Below are positions 1 to 13,074 of a DNA stretch of 64,000 nt, one piece after another (the first letter of the stretch is position 1; the number at the start of each line of letters is the position of its first letter). The position numbers were made by a program, and so were the translations under genes. Location: assembly GCF_963921235.1 (NCBI RefSeq), contig NW_026948167.1, forward strand, positions 124,001-188,000, in the 5' to 3' direction. A model generated the notes under the pieces. It searched no databases. It saw only the letters and a program-made list of their open reading frames with translations, and had not been told where the DNA came from. Origin of the DNA: Mobula hypostoma. Lineage: Eukaryota.

Positions 1-378
1 AAGACGCTAAGAAGAAAAGTTGCGACAGAAATGCATGTGGGTGATTTTTGTGCAGTTAGAAATGCTGGTTTGTCATGCTGTGAATTTTCAGGCGAGGTTA
101 ACAATTGGGATTCGATTAGGTAATTAGGAATTCTTTATGTATATATTGTTGCGATATTTTAATGTTGACACGCCGGGCTTATTCAGCCGTTTTAGCCTTT
201 GAACGCGGGCTCGAAAAGAGCGTTCTCAGATACGGACGGGATACTGCAATTTCTAGATTTGGAAAGAGAAAGAAAGAGGGAGGTTAGAAGAAGAAGCTGT
301 GGATAGGAGGGTTGGCGAATAGAGAACGGCGAAGAGGGGGAAAAAGAGGACTAACAGAGAGAGAGAAAAGAGCAGAAG

Positions 379-413
<35 letters not shown>

Positions 414-1322
414 ACGAGAGAGAGTGCACGAGAGGGAGAGAGAGGTGGAGAGACTGTTAGAGAGTGAGCAGAGGGGTAGAGAGGTGAGATAGAAATGGGT
501 GATGCAGGGGGAGAGATGTAGATGGGGAGACAAAGAGAGGGAGCCGAACGGGAGAGTGAGGATATCGGTGGAGAAAAAACAGAGGGAGAGGGAGTCACTG
601 ACACTCAGCGATATGGAGAGAGGGAGGGAGGGGAAGACATGATGGTGGAAGAGAGGTTAGAGAGAAGAAGGGATGGAAGGTGAGAAATAGAGTGAGAGAG
701 GGGTGGGTCTGACAGCTAGAGGGTCTCGGAAGACAAAATGAAGACAGGGGTTGGTGAAAGGGAGATAGATAGAGAGAAAATTACTGTGTGAGCGCGCGAG
801 AGAGAGAATGAGAGGAAAAAATCACTGCTAGGGAGGGAAATAGAGAAATTTACTGGGAGGTAGATAGATAGTTTAAAAAGATAGGTAAGATAGGTAGATA
901 GAAAGAAAGAAAATAGATAGATAGACAGAAAGAAAATAGATAATAGGTAATAAATAGATGTAGGTAAATTATAGATAATAACTAGAAAGATAGTCGTTTA
1001 AAGAAAGAGAGAGACTTACTGAGAGACTGAAGGGAGATTGTGATTTGCCAGGAGAGAGAGAGAGGGACAGATATGGAGATTATTAGATAGATAGATAGAT
1101 AGATAGATAGGTAGATAGATAGACAAATTGATTGTTTAGATAGATAGTTCGGTAGATAGAGGTGCATGTATAGATAGATGGATAGATAGATAGACAGACA
1201 GAGAAACTAGAAGAGAGGGAGGAAATAGAGTTAGAAGCAGATAGATAGAGATGGAGATAGGGAGAGAGAAGGAGAGAGAGGGAGAGGGAGATGGAGAGAG
1301 CTAGACAGAGAGAGAGGGAGAT

Positions 1323-1356
<34 letters not shown>

Positions 1357-1899
1357 GGGGGGGTGTTGAAATGTCACCAGCAATTATTCAAAATGAATGT
1401 CTCTTGTCTCTGAACGCCAGCCCATTAAATTCTCCTGACCCCCCGGACCCGCCTCTTGACGTCTCCTTACGCCAATTCGGCAAGGGCTCCTCCTTTCACA
1501 CTGCTGCTTAAATCTAACATGTAAAAAGCCACCGACAATCTCGCCTGAGCGCCGAAACGCTAAAGAATTTACCTTGTGGAGAATCGCGCACGGTCCCTCA
1601 CGTCAAGGTGCGCAAAACTCGACTTTAGAGGTAGGGATTTTTTGACACAGAGAGAGAGAGCGAGAGAGAAAGAGATTATCTAAAAAATATAAATTGGGTC
1701 TGTCGGGTGGGAGAATAGGCGCTTATTTTTAAAAGTTGGCTGTCTTCTATGATGGGGGAGTGGTGGAGAGAGAGTGCGCCTGTATATCCTCTCCCCCCCC
1801 CCCCCGTATCTGTTTATATCTCTCTACTGTACGCGAACTTATATAATGTGTGTGATTGTGCATCTGTGTGCATGTGTGCACGAGCATATGTTTGAGTGG

Positions 1900-1952
<53 letters not shown>

Positions 1953-2109
1953 TGTGTGTCTGTGTGTCTGTGTCTCTGTCTGTGTGCCCGTACGTGCGTG
2001 CGGTTTAGATATGTGGTTGTGTCTGTCTGTGTGCGTCTGATTGTGTCTAAGCATACCTGCGTTTGTATGGTGAGCTTGTGTGAATGTGTTTTTGTTTGTG
2101 TATGTGTGT

Positions 2110-2390
2110 GTGTGGGATTGTGTGTCCGGCTGTGGAGTACAATATCTGTGTTTATCCGATTGACTATCCGGGTGGGGGTACAGAACCTGTGTGTGTAGGG
2201 TTGGGTGTTGGAGTGGGAGGTACAGCATCCCCGTGTGTTGGGGGTTGTGTATCTGGGTGTGGGGTACAGTATTTGTGCATGTGGGATTTTGTGTCCGGAT
2301 GTGGGGTACAGTGTGTATGTGGGCTTGTGTTTCCGGGTATGCGATATAGTACCTGCGTGCGTGGGATTGTGTGTCCGGATGTGGAAGGGG
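2110..2390. repeat. Degenerate ~40-45 bp minisatellite, about 7 units
   Basis: Recurring GGGATT(G/T)TGTGTCCGGATGTGGGGTACAG-like unit. Confidence 0.7.
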
Positions 2391-2719
2391 GTAGGGAGAG
2401 CTGTTTGTCCGTGTGCGTGCGCGCGCGGAGAGGGTTATGCTCTTGTCCTGTCAGTGTTCCGCCTCCGCAGCGCAGCAACCTTTTTTCAGGTAAATATTTC
2501 AGTTCCTCTACGGCTCAATGGTACCACCACCCTTGTACCTACCCCTTCCCACTCCCACCCCGTCAACACCCGAGCTGGTGGAGTACGGACGCGGCCGGGA
2601 TGGTGAGTTGAAAAAGGAAATGTGTTTTGTTTTTGTCGTCCTCCTAAGACTGCGCTCACCTCTTATCCCCTCCCCCCCAACTAACTCCCCGCCCCCTCAC
2701 CACCACCCCCCTCTAGTTT

Positions 2720-2995
2720 AAGGGCGACATTTGCGGAATCCGGCTAGACAGCAGCGCCTCTGAACTTTTACAGCCTGCAAACTTCACCAGACTATTGAAT
2801 GGGATCATCCGCCCGCCCCTCCTCCTCGAACTTCTGAAACAAAAACAAAGGCCGCAGCGTCCCACGGACTCGCAGCACCGGCCAGGTGCTCTCCGTGTCT
2901 GTCGTCGGAGACGGGGCAGTATAAAAGGCCCCCCGTCTTTACTCTGAAACAGTGTTAAAATCGGATTTGACAATTAGACGGATCATAAAACCTGG
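2720..2995 (+). promoter_or_regulatory. Candidate promoter/enhancer island upstream of hoxc9
   Basis: GC-rich unique sequence with a Smad-type GGCTAGAC (2742-2749), TATAAAAG (2920-2927) and a Cdx/posterior-Hox TCATAAAA (2983-2990). Confidence 0.35.
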
Positions 2996-3052
2996 GACAA
3001 AAGCTTCAGGGAAACTTTTTCGTCTGACTTGTCTCAATCCCAAACTATTTTG

Positions 3053-3107
<55 letters not shown>

Positions 3108-3324
3108 CTCCTCTCCCTTTCTTTGTCTCCCCTCTTTCTCCTTCTCTCCATCTCGCTCTCTCACACTCTCTCTGTCTCTGTCTCAGGCACATTCTGCCCT
3201 GCTCTGCCCCTCGCGTTTTATCGCAATTTATTTGTCTATCTGCCTCGTACTTTCTCTGTGACCGTGACACAACATTGAGCGTAGTTTTGGTTTTGCATTT
3301 GTACTACTTTAGTGTATTTGTGTG

Positions 3325-3405
3325 TGAATGATCCATCTGGGTGGCACGCAAAACAGAAGTTTTCACTCGATTCATATGACAATAATAAACCTATTCCAAT
3401 TCCGA
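3325..3405 (+). mobile_element. Short LINE 3' tail fragment
   Basis: ...GCAAAACAGAAGTTTTTCACT...TGACAATAATAAACCTATTCCAATTCC. A related tail is at ~62415-62470 (GCAAAACAACATTTTTCACTG...TGACAATAATCAAAC). Confidence 0.5.
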
Positions 3406-3882
3406 TTGATCTCTCTCCTTCCCTCTTTCTCTCTCTCCCCCACCTTCTCTCTCTTCTCACTCACACACACCCAAGTGAGTGCTCTACTCTCCCCACCCCC
3501 TCCATAAATTGATGAATTTGGGTAAAACGGCGCAAGGAAGCGTGAATCGCTGTGGATTCAAGGTGAATCATTCGGGAGTGCGTGAATGTACGAGACTTTA
3601 TATAGTTACAAATGTCTCATGGTGTTTCCGCTGATACTTATTACAGTGGTATATCTATTTCATGCATAGATAAACATAAATATTGTTTGAAATTTGAAAA
3701 CATGTCTGTATATAGATACATCTAATAGTTTGGGAATGTGCTGTTTAAATTTTGTGATACATTAGATAGACTGAATGGACGAATTACTTAATTGAATACT
3801 CTCGATGAAAAGAGATAGATTGGTGCTTTGCTAAATGTTTCGGTAGATGATTCGGTTACATATACCTTCCAAAATAAATAAA

Positions 3883-3934
<52 letters not shown>

Positions 3935-4869
3935 GATAGATGTTTAGATAGACAACTAGATAGATTATAGGTAATAAATAGATGGATATTATAAATTATA
4001 TGTAATACATAGAGGCATAAATATATAGATTCATAAATTGATTTTACGTAATCAATAAGTAAATAGAGATAGATTACTGATAATAAATAAGAAGATAGCT
4101 GCATGAATTGTATATGGTAAAGGCAGAAGACAGATAAATAGATGCCGATATACACGCACATGCATACAAAAGGGTTTATTTTCGCATGTAAAGCTTGCGT
4201 CAATGAAAATTGTTACATTCGTCATCAAAATTCTTTGAATATTTAAAGTTCTGTGTGTGTTTGTGCGTGCGCGCGTATATGTTTTGTGCACTTTCCCCCG
4301 GGAAGATATGAACTATAGATGTGAATTTTCATTGAACGTGTTTTGATGTTTTTGGACTTTTTGTGTAGATTTCAAATGTTTTATGTTCTGCTAAAATTAT
4401 CTACAATGATCGATGTTTGTGTCAATGTGGTTTGATACGCATTGTGTTTTAACTATATAATTTGCAAATGCACGATATTGTGCCAGATTACTTGTGGTTT
4501 ACTGGATGTACAATGTATGCCAACATGATGTGGTTTGTGAAATGAAGATAGAGACCGGTCTTGGGAATTGTTGACATTTTGTGTGCGCTGGTTGCTTATT
4601 TGCTGCGGTTTGGTGTTGACTCCATGACTTTTATGTTGAACCAAATACACGCTTTTATTTTCTCTATTTAGTCTCTTGCGTTTCTGATTCCCTTTCAAAT
4701 GTGCGCACTGCTGAGTACTTTAGTGTTTTTCGCCCACGGAAACGAGATGGCGAAACCCCCACAGCTGTATTTTTACCGGAACGATTTCCTAATCCTTGGC
4801 ACTGCGTTCATGTGCGAAAGAAATGGGATTCTGATGGGAGATGAGGCGTTTCTGTTTAGCCTAACCGTG

Positions 4870-7800
4870 TCTGTCTGACTTTCTCTCTATCCATCTCTCT
4901 CCCCCCTCTCTCTCACCCTCCCTCTCTCTCTCTCCCTCTCTGTCTCCCTCTCTATCTCCCTCTCTCTCCCTCTCCCTCTCTCTCTCTCTCTGTTACCTAT
5001 CTCAATCTGATTTCGCCTTTTCTTTATCTCTATGTAATTTTCCCCAAATCTGCCCTCACATGTTTCCACCTTTTTGTCTCGCTTTGTATGTTCATCTATT
5101 TTTCGTCTTTCTGACTAATTTTCCCCATTTCCTCTGTATATCCTTCCTTGGAGCCCTCTCATTCTGTCTCGCCCTGCGCTAATTTACCCTAATCTGATTA
5201 TGGCTTTACTTTTCATTCCTCTCCTCATTTTGATTCAGCTATCATCTTCTGCGTCAAAGTTTTACAATTTCCCATTTACTAATTCTCTCTCAGCTTTATT
5301 GATCACACTATTTATGTTATTTAATTTTAATTACTTCTGTTTAATTTTCCATTAACATATATTTATCTCTCTCCCCAACTAATTTTTTTCTTTCACTCTT
5401 TTATATTTTCTGCTGCATCTATCTAATCTATTCTCTCTCTATTATTCAATCCCCTCGCTGTTAAGATTCATCTGTTCTTCAAGCGCTCCATTACCCCATT
5501 TTCAACGATAAATACTTTACCTCTCTTTCTCTATTTGTATTTATGACTATATCATTTAATCCCCAACCTACACATCCACGTTTCTCAACCTTTCTATCAA
5601 CCTATTTCTATCTATATTTTTACCCTTTTCTCCATTTCTCTATCACACAATTCCCCACCATTTTTGAATAGTTGATTCTTAATCTCTCTCTCTTTCTTTC
5701 TCTCGTTGGGCTGCTACTTATATTTACCCCTATATTTTACTCCATTTTATAATTTATATTTATGACTCACTAAGTCCTAAACTCACACCCAACCTATACC
5801 CCTTGTTTCTCGACCCATCTGTCGTCATTTTTATTTATATTTTTTCCTCTTTCTCCATTTTTCCAAATTTTATCGTTTGTGCGGAGATCTATTCCACTGT
5901 TCTATTTATATACATCTGCTTCTCAATCTCTCTGTCGCCCCATTTCCAATCATTTATACTTTTGTATCTCCATTGCCCCTTTTCTATCTCTTCTATTGTG
6001 GCTGTGTCTCCAACATATAATTCCACATCCTCCTTATATCGTTGATTCTCAATCTCTCTATAGACCATTTCTTTTTTTTTATTTTTACAACTTTCGCTAT
6101 TCCTGTTTTTCATTTTTTTCTCTATTTATGACTCCCTATCACTTAATTCCGCCACCTTCTTTACACCCCTCTGTGTCTCAGTCTCTCCGCCCCTTCTGCA
6201 CTATTTCCAATAATTTATATTTTACCCCTTTCTATTTCTTCCCTTAGTGTTTATAATTTCTCCTTCTCTCTGTCTCTCTTTCACGTTCGGCACATAATCC
6301 CCACTCTACTTATACCATTGTTTCTCTATCTCTCTATTTCTCTGTCTCCCAATTTCCAAGCATTTATATTTCACATATTTCCATTTATTTCCTTAGTTTT
6401 TTTCATATAATTCCTATTTATAAAGCTCTCAATTCCTTTACACAATTTCCCACCCTGCTTCTCCGTCGCCCCATTTCCAGTAACGTAATCTTTTCCCCCT
6501 GTTTATATAGTCTCTACTTATGACCCTCTGTCATTTCACTCACTCTGCTTATATATCCTTGTCTCTGTGTCGCCCCATTTCCAGTAATTTATATTTTTTC
6601 CCCTTCTATCTATGATTCTTTCCTCCCTTTTATATAATTTCTGCTTATGATTCTACACTTAAACCCCCTCGCTAATTGCAATTTTAAACTGTGTTCCTCA
6701 ATCGCCCTTTCCCCCCTGCCCTTTATTTGTCTCTCCCATTTATATCTTCAATATCTCTTTCGCCTAGTTTCCAGCAATTTATAGCTTTTTTAAAAATTTC
6801 TTATTATTTCTTTCCCTTTCTCTTTTTTCATTTCTATTTATGTCTCTTTCCTCATCCTATTTATCTCCCTTTCCCATTCTCTCTATTGCTCTAGTTTCCA
6901 TTTATTTCCCTTCTCCCATTCCCCACATTTTAGTTCTCTTTTCACATTCTCTCTATTGCTCTAACTCCTAGTAATTTATATTTCTTTTCCTTTTCCTTCC
7001 TTCTCGATTTTCTATCTAGGGTTTCGCATCGTCACTCAAATTCCTTTGTCTGTTTTCACATCCAGCGCACTAGAATTCAACTCTCCATTGCTTGAGTTCC
7101 AATTATGTTACATTGTATCTATTTCCCTCTTTTTTTCTCCTATCTCTATTTTACATTTTTACCTTCTACCACTTAATTTCCTGACCCATTTACAAATTTA
7201 TTCTCCATTTCTCTGTATCCTTCTCCCATTTTCCCACTCTTGCATATTTTATTATCATCTCTATTTTCACTTCTTGCCCAATCTTTGTTTGCATTTTCTA
7301 TTTGGAGATCATTCTCTCACTATAACCTTCCCCTCCTACTCTATTTATATTTTCTTTCTCATTCCAAAATTATCTCTTCGCTCTGCCCCACTATTTTGTT
7401 ATCCACTGATCTCCTTTTCCCCCAGCTTCCTATTTACATTTTCTATTTACAATTCCCTCTCCATCGCTATTTACGCCTCTTTATCACCTACGTCTCCTGA
7501 CTCCTTATTTATTTTCTCTCTACATATCATTTCCCTTTGTCTATTTACATTTTTATATTCATCTCTCCCTATCACCGCTTCATTTCTATATTAAGTGTCT
7601 ATTTATCTGTCGTAGTGACTCATTTGTATGTTCCTCAGCTTCTCTTTCTTTCCCCACTTACCAATTAATGCTTTCAGTTGGAGACATAAGATACTGCAGA
7701 TGTTAGTATCTGCAGCAACAAATATCCTTTTGATTATTGAATTCTTTTTGTTACGTTGACTTTATGGTCTTTCTGATTTCTCCTTTTTATCAACAGTGCA

Positions 7801-8370
7801 TGCGCATGTTTTCCCTTCACAGTCTGTCCGTTTACTAATACGTCCCTGTATATCTTTCCTGTATATTGTATATTCTCTCTTTCTCTCTCTGTATTTTCTC
7901 CACTTCTCCCCCTGTCCCACCCACTCTTAATTTTCCGCTTTTGCATTTTTACATTAAATTCATGTTTCTCACTGATCGCCATAGTTAGTTCCTTCTCTCG
8001 TTTCCCTGTCAATATCCTTGCCCTTAACGTTCTCCCTGTTTACATTTCGTGACTTATCACTCCATCTCCTTGGCATTTAACATTGTTAAATTTTTAAGTA
8101 CCCCCCTTCATGCAACTGCTTGAACAACTTGAACTCGTAAAAGAACCTGATTTCCATCGCCTCTTTATTTTTTGTCTCGTCGTTCGCCTGTTTTACCCCA
8201 ATCGGATCATTTGCATCTTTAAACTGTCAACCTTACAACTTTGCTTCGCGCTGTGCGCCCAGTAACTTTGATCGTTTAATACGTTTAATTTCCTATTCAT
8301 TCTCTCTCTATCCATCTATCTCTATCTCTCTATCTACCTATCTCTCTTTCTCGATCTATCTATCTAACTC
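4870..8370. repeat. Pyrimidine-rich low-complexity tract with an internal degenerate repeat
   Basis: About 3.5 kb of T/C-dominated + strand. TCTCTGTCGCCCCATTTCCA..AATTTATATTTT recurs near 5930, 6190, 6340, 6460 and 6565. Confidence 0.7.
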
Positions 8371-8507
8371 TAGGTTTTTCTTCCCGGCACGCAGTTGGAA
8401 GGAAATCCTTTGTTTGATAAATGATAACATCCAGTCGCTCTTGAGAGGGACGAACCCGTCTAATTGTTTAAAAACTAGCATTCATCTATCGCTTGATAAA
8501 CCTTGAC

Positions 8508-8576
<69 letters not shown>

Positions 8577-8875
8577 CTTCCTGTCTGATTTATAACCCTA
8601 CCCCTTCCTTCCTATCCAACAGCAGGTTATTGCAACTGAATGATCTTGTTTGCGGTGAATTCGTTATTAAATATGGAGCCTTATTTCCCAGAACCGTTGA
8701 TCGATCTTATCACTTAGAGGGGAGGCTTCTGAAGAAGGAGCGGGCAGGCTGTTACACTGTTTTATGTTGAAAAAAAACTGTTTCGGCCTGCGATTTACTT
8801 GGGAGCGATGGGGGTAAAATTGTTGGCTTGCTAATCGGCCCTCGAGATTTGTTTTCGTAAATTGGAAGTCAACTG

Positions 8876-9116
8876 NNNNNNNNNNNNNNNNNNNNNNNNN
8901 NNNNNNNNNNNNNNNNNNNNNNNNNNNNNNNNNNNNNNNNNNNNNNNNNNNNNNNNNNNNNNNNNNNNNNNNNNNNNNNNNNNNNNNNNNNNNNNNNNNN
9001 NNNNNNNNNNNNNNNNNNNNNNNNNNNNNNNNNNNNNNNNNNNNNNNNNNNNNNNNNNNNNNNNNNNNNNNNNNNNNNNNNNNNNNNNNNNNNNNNNNNN
9101 NNNNNNNNNNNNNNNN
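8876..9116. other. Assembly gap (others at 15067-15200, 27051-27193, 27525-27706, 55241-55375 and 59474-59645)
   Basis: Runs of N. Confidence 0.99.
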
Positions 9117-10149
9117 GACTGCTGGGGTTATTTTCCACAGTGGAATCAATGTTCGCAGGATATAAGCAGATGCGATGTAGGACTAAACATCTGGTACTAC
9201 CAAAATGTTTTTCAAAGAATATTAATTGTGATCAAATATTTGCAACAGTGTTCACTTTCACTCTTCCTCTCCCTCTCTCTCTAGTTTCCTTAATTTATTT
9301 CATCCTAATTAATCTTTACAACTCTAAGCATCCATCTATGTATCTATCCAGCTATATATTTATCTATAATATATCACTTATTTTTCACTCATTTATCTCA
9401 CTCGATCTATCTCTCGACTCTTCTATTTAACTATCTTTCTATCTCTTTCTATCTGTCTCTCTAGTTACCTATACACACCTGCAAATACAATTATAATGTT
9501 AGTTTTACAACACGCAACTCTCGACATTCATTAGACAAATAGGGCTAGACATTTAAAAATATGGATAACGATATATTTCAGAGGAATTCGACATCATAAA
9601 AACTTTATTGAAATAATTTCTTTCAAAAAAAATCACATGCACAAATATATAGTCACTTCGTAGATAGAAATTTGGACCGAATGCTTGCTTGTGCAGTCAA
9701 ATAATCTGGGGTTATGAGAAATTATGGAGCATGGATTTAATTTAGCAAGGGGAAGGAAAGGATCTGGACTGTCAAGACAGAATGACTATAATTATTCTGT
9801 CAAGGATCCGGAAGGCGAATTTTAACAGGGCTTTCGAAAAAAGAAAATCTGCAATCGTTTCAAATAATGATCCGAGGGCGTGCAACCGCTATGATAATAA
9901 AAAGTTGTATCTATTTCAATTCAACTCATTACCTTCCCAGTCTCTGACCGTTTTTTTAATTAAAATTAAAGCACGTTATTTCACTGTTGGGACTCGTAGA
10001 AAAAGCGTTAACGCATTCGGGAAAACCCCTCGTGTCCTTTTATCTCTCCTTCTCTGGCGACGCTGGGGGAGAGCTGGTGGATCGGGGAAAGGGGGTGTTA
10101 GAGAGAGGAGGTGGTGGTGGCGGGAGGGAGGATGGGAGGGGGCAAAAAA

Positions 10150-10200
10150 ATCCATGCAATCACGTGGTCTTCGGAGACCCAATGAGTTCTCACCCATCCA
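10150..10200 (+). promoter_or_regulatory. hoxc9 proximal promoter (E-box plus CCAAT)
   Basis: CACGTG at 10161-10166 and CCAAT at 10179-10183, ~270 bp upstream of the ATG. This USF/NF-Y pairing is typical of Hox promoters. Confidence 0.6.
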
Positions 10201-10315
10201 AACATACACACAATCACCTGCTTTGGTGTTTGTGTGTGTGGGAGAGAGAGGGAGAAAGAGAGGGAGAGTGGGAATGTAAAAACGTTTTGTGAGTGTGCGT
10301 GTGTGTGTGTGTATG

Positions 10316-10369
<54 letters not shown>

Positions 10370-10439
10370 CATGTGTCTATGCGTGCGTGCGTGAATGTAT
10401 GTGCGTGAATGAGCTGTTCGCGCTTTGATACCGGGTGAT

Positions 10440-10941
10440 ATGAGCAGCGGCGGCGCTTTGAACAGTTACTACATCGATTCTCTTATAAGCCATGACGGTG
10501 AGGATATGTACACGGGCAGGTTCGGAACGCCGACCTCTCACCCGACTGCGCCACTGATGGGTGACTGTATGGATCTCCCGGCGCCCTGCTCCTACTCCGC
10601 CGCGCCGAGAGCACCCAGCTTCACCAACTCCTGGGCCCCGAGCACGGTGCCCAGCGGGGGCATCTACCACTCCTACCCCCACCAGCCACACCTCGTCCCC
10701 GACTCCAGATGCGCACGCCCCTGGCTGGAGCCGCTGCCGGGCGCCGTGTCCTTCCACGGGTTCCCCGGCGGCGGCCGGCCCTATTCCATGAAACCGGACT
10801 GCGTGGCCGGCGCCGGGTCGGCTGCGAGCGACGGGCGCTGCTTCGCCGACTACCTTTACGGCTCTCCCACCGACAGGGTAGCGCAGTGTGTCGGCGCGCC
10901 GGATGCGAGGCCCAAGGAAGACAAAGCGGAAATCGACCCGA
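10440..10941 (+). CDS. hoxc9: Homeobox protein Hox-C9, exon 1 (phase-1 donor A|GTAAGT)
   Basis: MSSGGALNSYYIDSLISHDGED...SWAP...YHSYPHQPHL...PWLEPLPGAVSFHGFPGGGRPYSMKPD...DYLYGSP...KEDKAEIDP closely follows the HOXC9 N-terminus as I recall it (DSLISHD, WLEPL.GAVSF, GGR.Y..KPD, DY.YGSP). Canonical donor at 10942. Confidence 0.95.
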
Positions 10942-11502
10942 GTAAGTTTCCCACCCATCCCACCTCCCCTCCTTCCCCCTTCCCCCACCACCATCCCTCC
11001 AAAATCTATTCCAGAACCTTACCCCACCCCACTCCCGCCCTAGCCACCAACCATGTTTAATGAATCAAGTTTACAGACACGCGTTCCCTCCTCTTTCTCC
11101 CGAGGTGAAATAACGTTTTCAATCTGGTTGAGAGGGGTGTGTGTGTGTGTGTCTGTGTTGGGGAGGGGCGGGGGTTGGTGAGCGCTAGCCGGGAAGTAGG
11201 AAGTGTTTATCGTTGGGGCGAAGCTGCCGGGGAGGAAAGAAGGCGTTGAGCCCACACGGACCCTCTCCTTTGGGGTGTGTTGGGGGAATGCTGTCTTTGG
11301 GTTATTGGGGTGGGTACAATGTTTCTTGTAGAACACTTAGCACTGGGTCTTGAGCTTATGGGCGATGTGGTTAGGGTTGTCTTTGGGTTAGGGGTGAGTA
11401 CAGTGTTTAGTGTAGAATTGTTGTCCCTAAGTCTTAAAACATTAGACAGCAGGTGGTGTAGCCTTGGAATTGGGTCTGAGCAGTTGTATAGAAAATTGAA
11501 TA

Positions 11503-11635
11503 AAAATCAGAATTAGGTTCATCATCACTGGCATCAGCTGTGTTGTATTGCGGCAGCAGTACAGCGCAATCCATAAAAATCACACTGTTACAATAAATAA
11601 ATAGAGCAAAAGGGAAATAGTGCAGTGAAGGCAGG
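11503..11635 (-). mobile_element. LINE 3' tail fragment inside the hoxc9 intron
   Basis: AATCAGAATTAGGTTCATCATCACTGGCAT...GCGGCAGCAGTACAGCGCAAT resembles the reverse-complemented 3' end of an abundant elasmobranch LINE (recall). Confidence 0.5.
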
Positions 11636-13074
11636 TGTATGCATGTGAGCGTTTGTGTGAATATTTGTGTCTGTTTGTGTTTGGGTGTGTGTTTGCATGT
11701 GTGAAGGAGAGCGAGATAAGGGGGAAAGTGGGATACTCTACATACAGGTATAGAGAGAGGAAAGAACAGAGGAGAAGGGAAGATAGAGACGGGTGGAGAT
11801 AGGGAATGAGTCAGAAAGAGAAGAGAGAGAAAGCCGGGATAGAGGTAGAGGTAGAGAGAGGGGAAGAGGTGATGGACAGAATGGAGAGATGGAGAGACGG
11901 GTTGGGGGAGAGGCAGAGATGAGGAGTGTGATGCAGAAAAATAAAGAAGCTGATCCTTTTTTAGGAGGGGTGAGAGAGAGGGAAAGGCGGCAGGGAGGGG
12001 AAAGTGAGAAGAGGATCAGAACATATGGGAAAGAGATAACGATAGACAGTAAGGGAATGAGAGAAAATGATAAACAGAGCACTCGGAGGATAGACAGAGG
12101 GAGAAATTAGACGTCCACGGTATAAAAGCTAATATATCTGGTTAAGTCACTATTTGAAAAAAAAAGAACAAAACTGGGCGGTATTTTAATTATAAGTTAG
12201 TATAGCAAAATGTTTCTTTATTTTGCCTCGAAACGTATAAAAAGTGCGCCTTAAACAAAAGTCAAATGGATTTTGAAAGGGGCAGAGGCTTTGAAAATGA
12301 CTTTACTTAAATCCTTTATTTTAGAGTGTCTGCCCTGGGCCAACATTGTTGATTCTACACCACAGCCTCCAGTGCCTGTTCTGTGAACTGCCATTATGTT
12401 AAAAAGAAACCCCTCAGCCCTCCCTAGTACCAATTAAATTCCGCTCGATCTTCCGAAATTATATCGCCGCAACGGCAGCAAGAGGCGTAAACTTATAAAA
12501 TTAGATTAAGAAGCTGGGGGTCCCACTAACCCGAATTCTAACCCTAACTCTAAAGGGTGAGATCAAATTTTCAAGCAAATTCAGGGAGAGGGGAGTTGGG
12601 GTTAGGTGGAGACAGACAGACAGAGTGGAGGGGCAAGTGATATTTTTATAGGGAGACTAGAGGAGGGAGAAGTGAGACGGGCAAGTGTTTAAGGAAAGGG
12701 GAGGTAAAATTAACATATGGTAGGGAGAAAGAGAAGGGAGGGAGAGGAGAAGAGAAAGTGGAGGAGAGAAGAGAAGAGAGGAGCGAAGAGAGGAGGGGTG
12801 ACAGGGAGAACGAGAGTAACCGAAGTACAGAGGGAGAATCAGAGAGTGAAAGAGGGAGAGAGAAAAAAGAGGGATGTGAAAAAGAAAAGCAGAGAGAAGG
12901 AGACGGGGAGACGAGAAGGAGAGGGCAACAGCATAGAGAAACGGGGAGAAAAAGGGGGCAGATGTTTGGGATTTGGGGATGGGGTGATTCTTGTCATCGT
13001 GGTGACGATGCGCGCGGTTTTCATTTGAAAGTAAATTCCCACCCGCACTCAATCCTCATTTCACACCGCTACAG

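Noticed and set aside
284-8012. Many 60-180 aa ORFs rich in CV/HT/SL/ER repeats here and throughout the window
   Set aside because: Translations of microsatellites and low-complexity tracts.
10377-10994. 205 aa antisense ORF over hoxc9 exon 1 (similar shadow ORFs over C8 and C6 exons)
   Set aside because: Expected by-product of GC-rich coding sequence; no independent coding signal.
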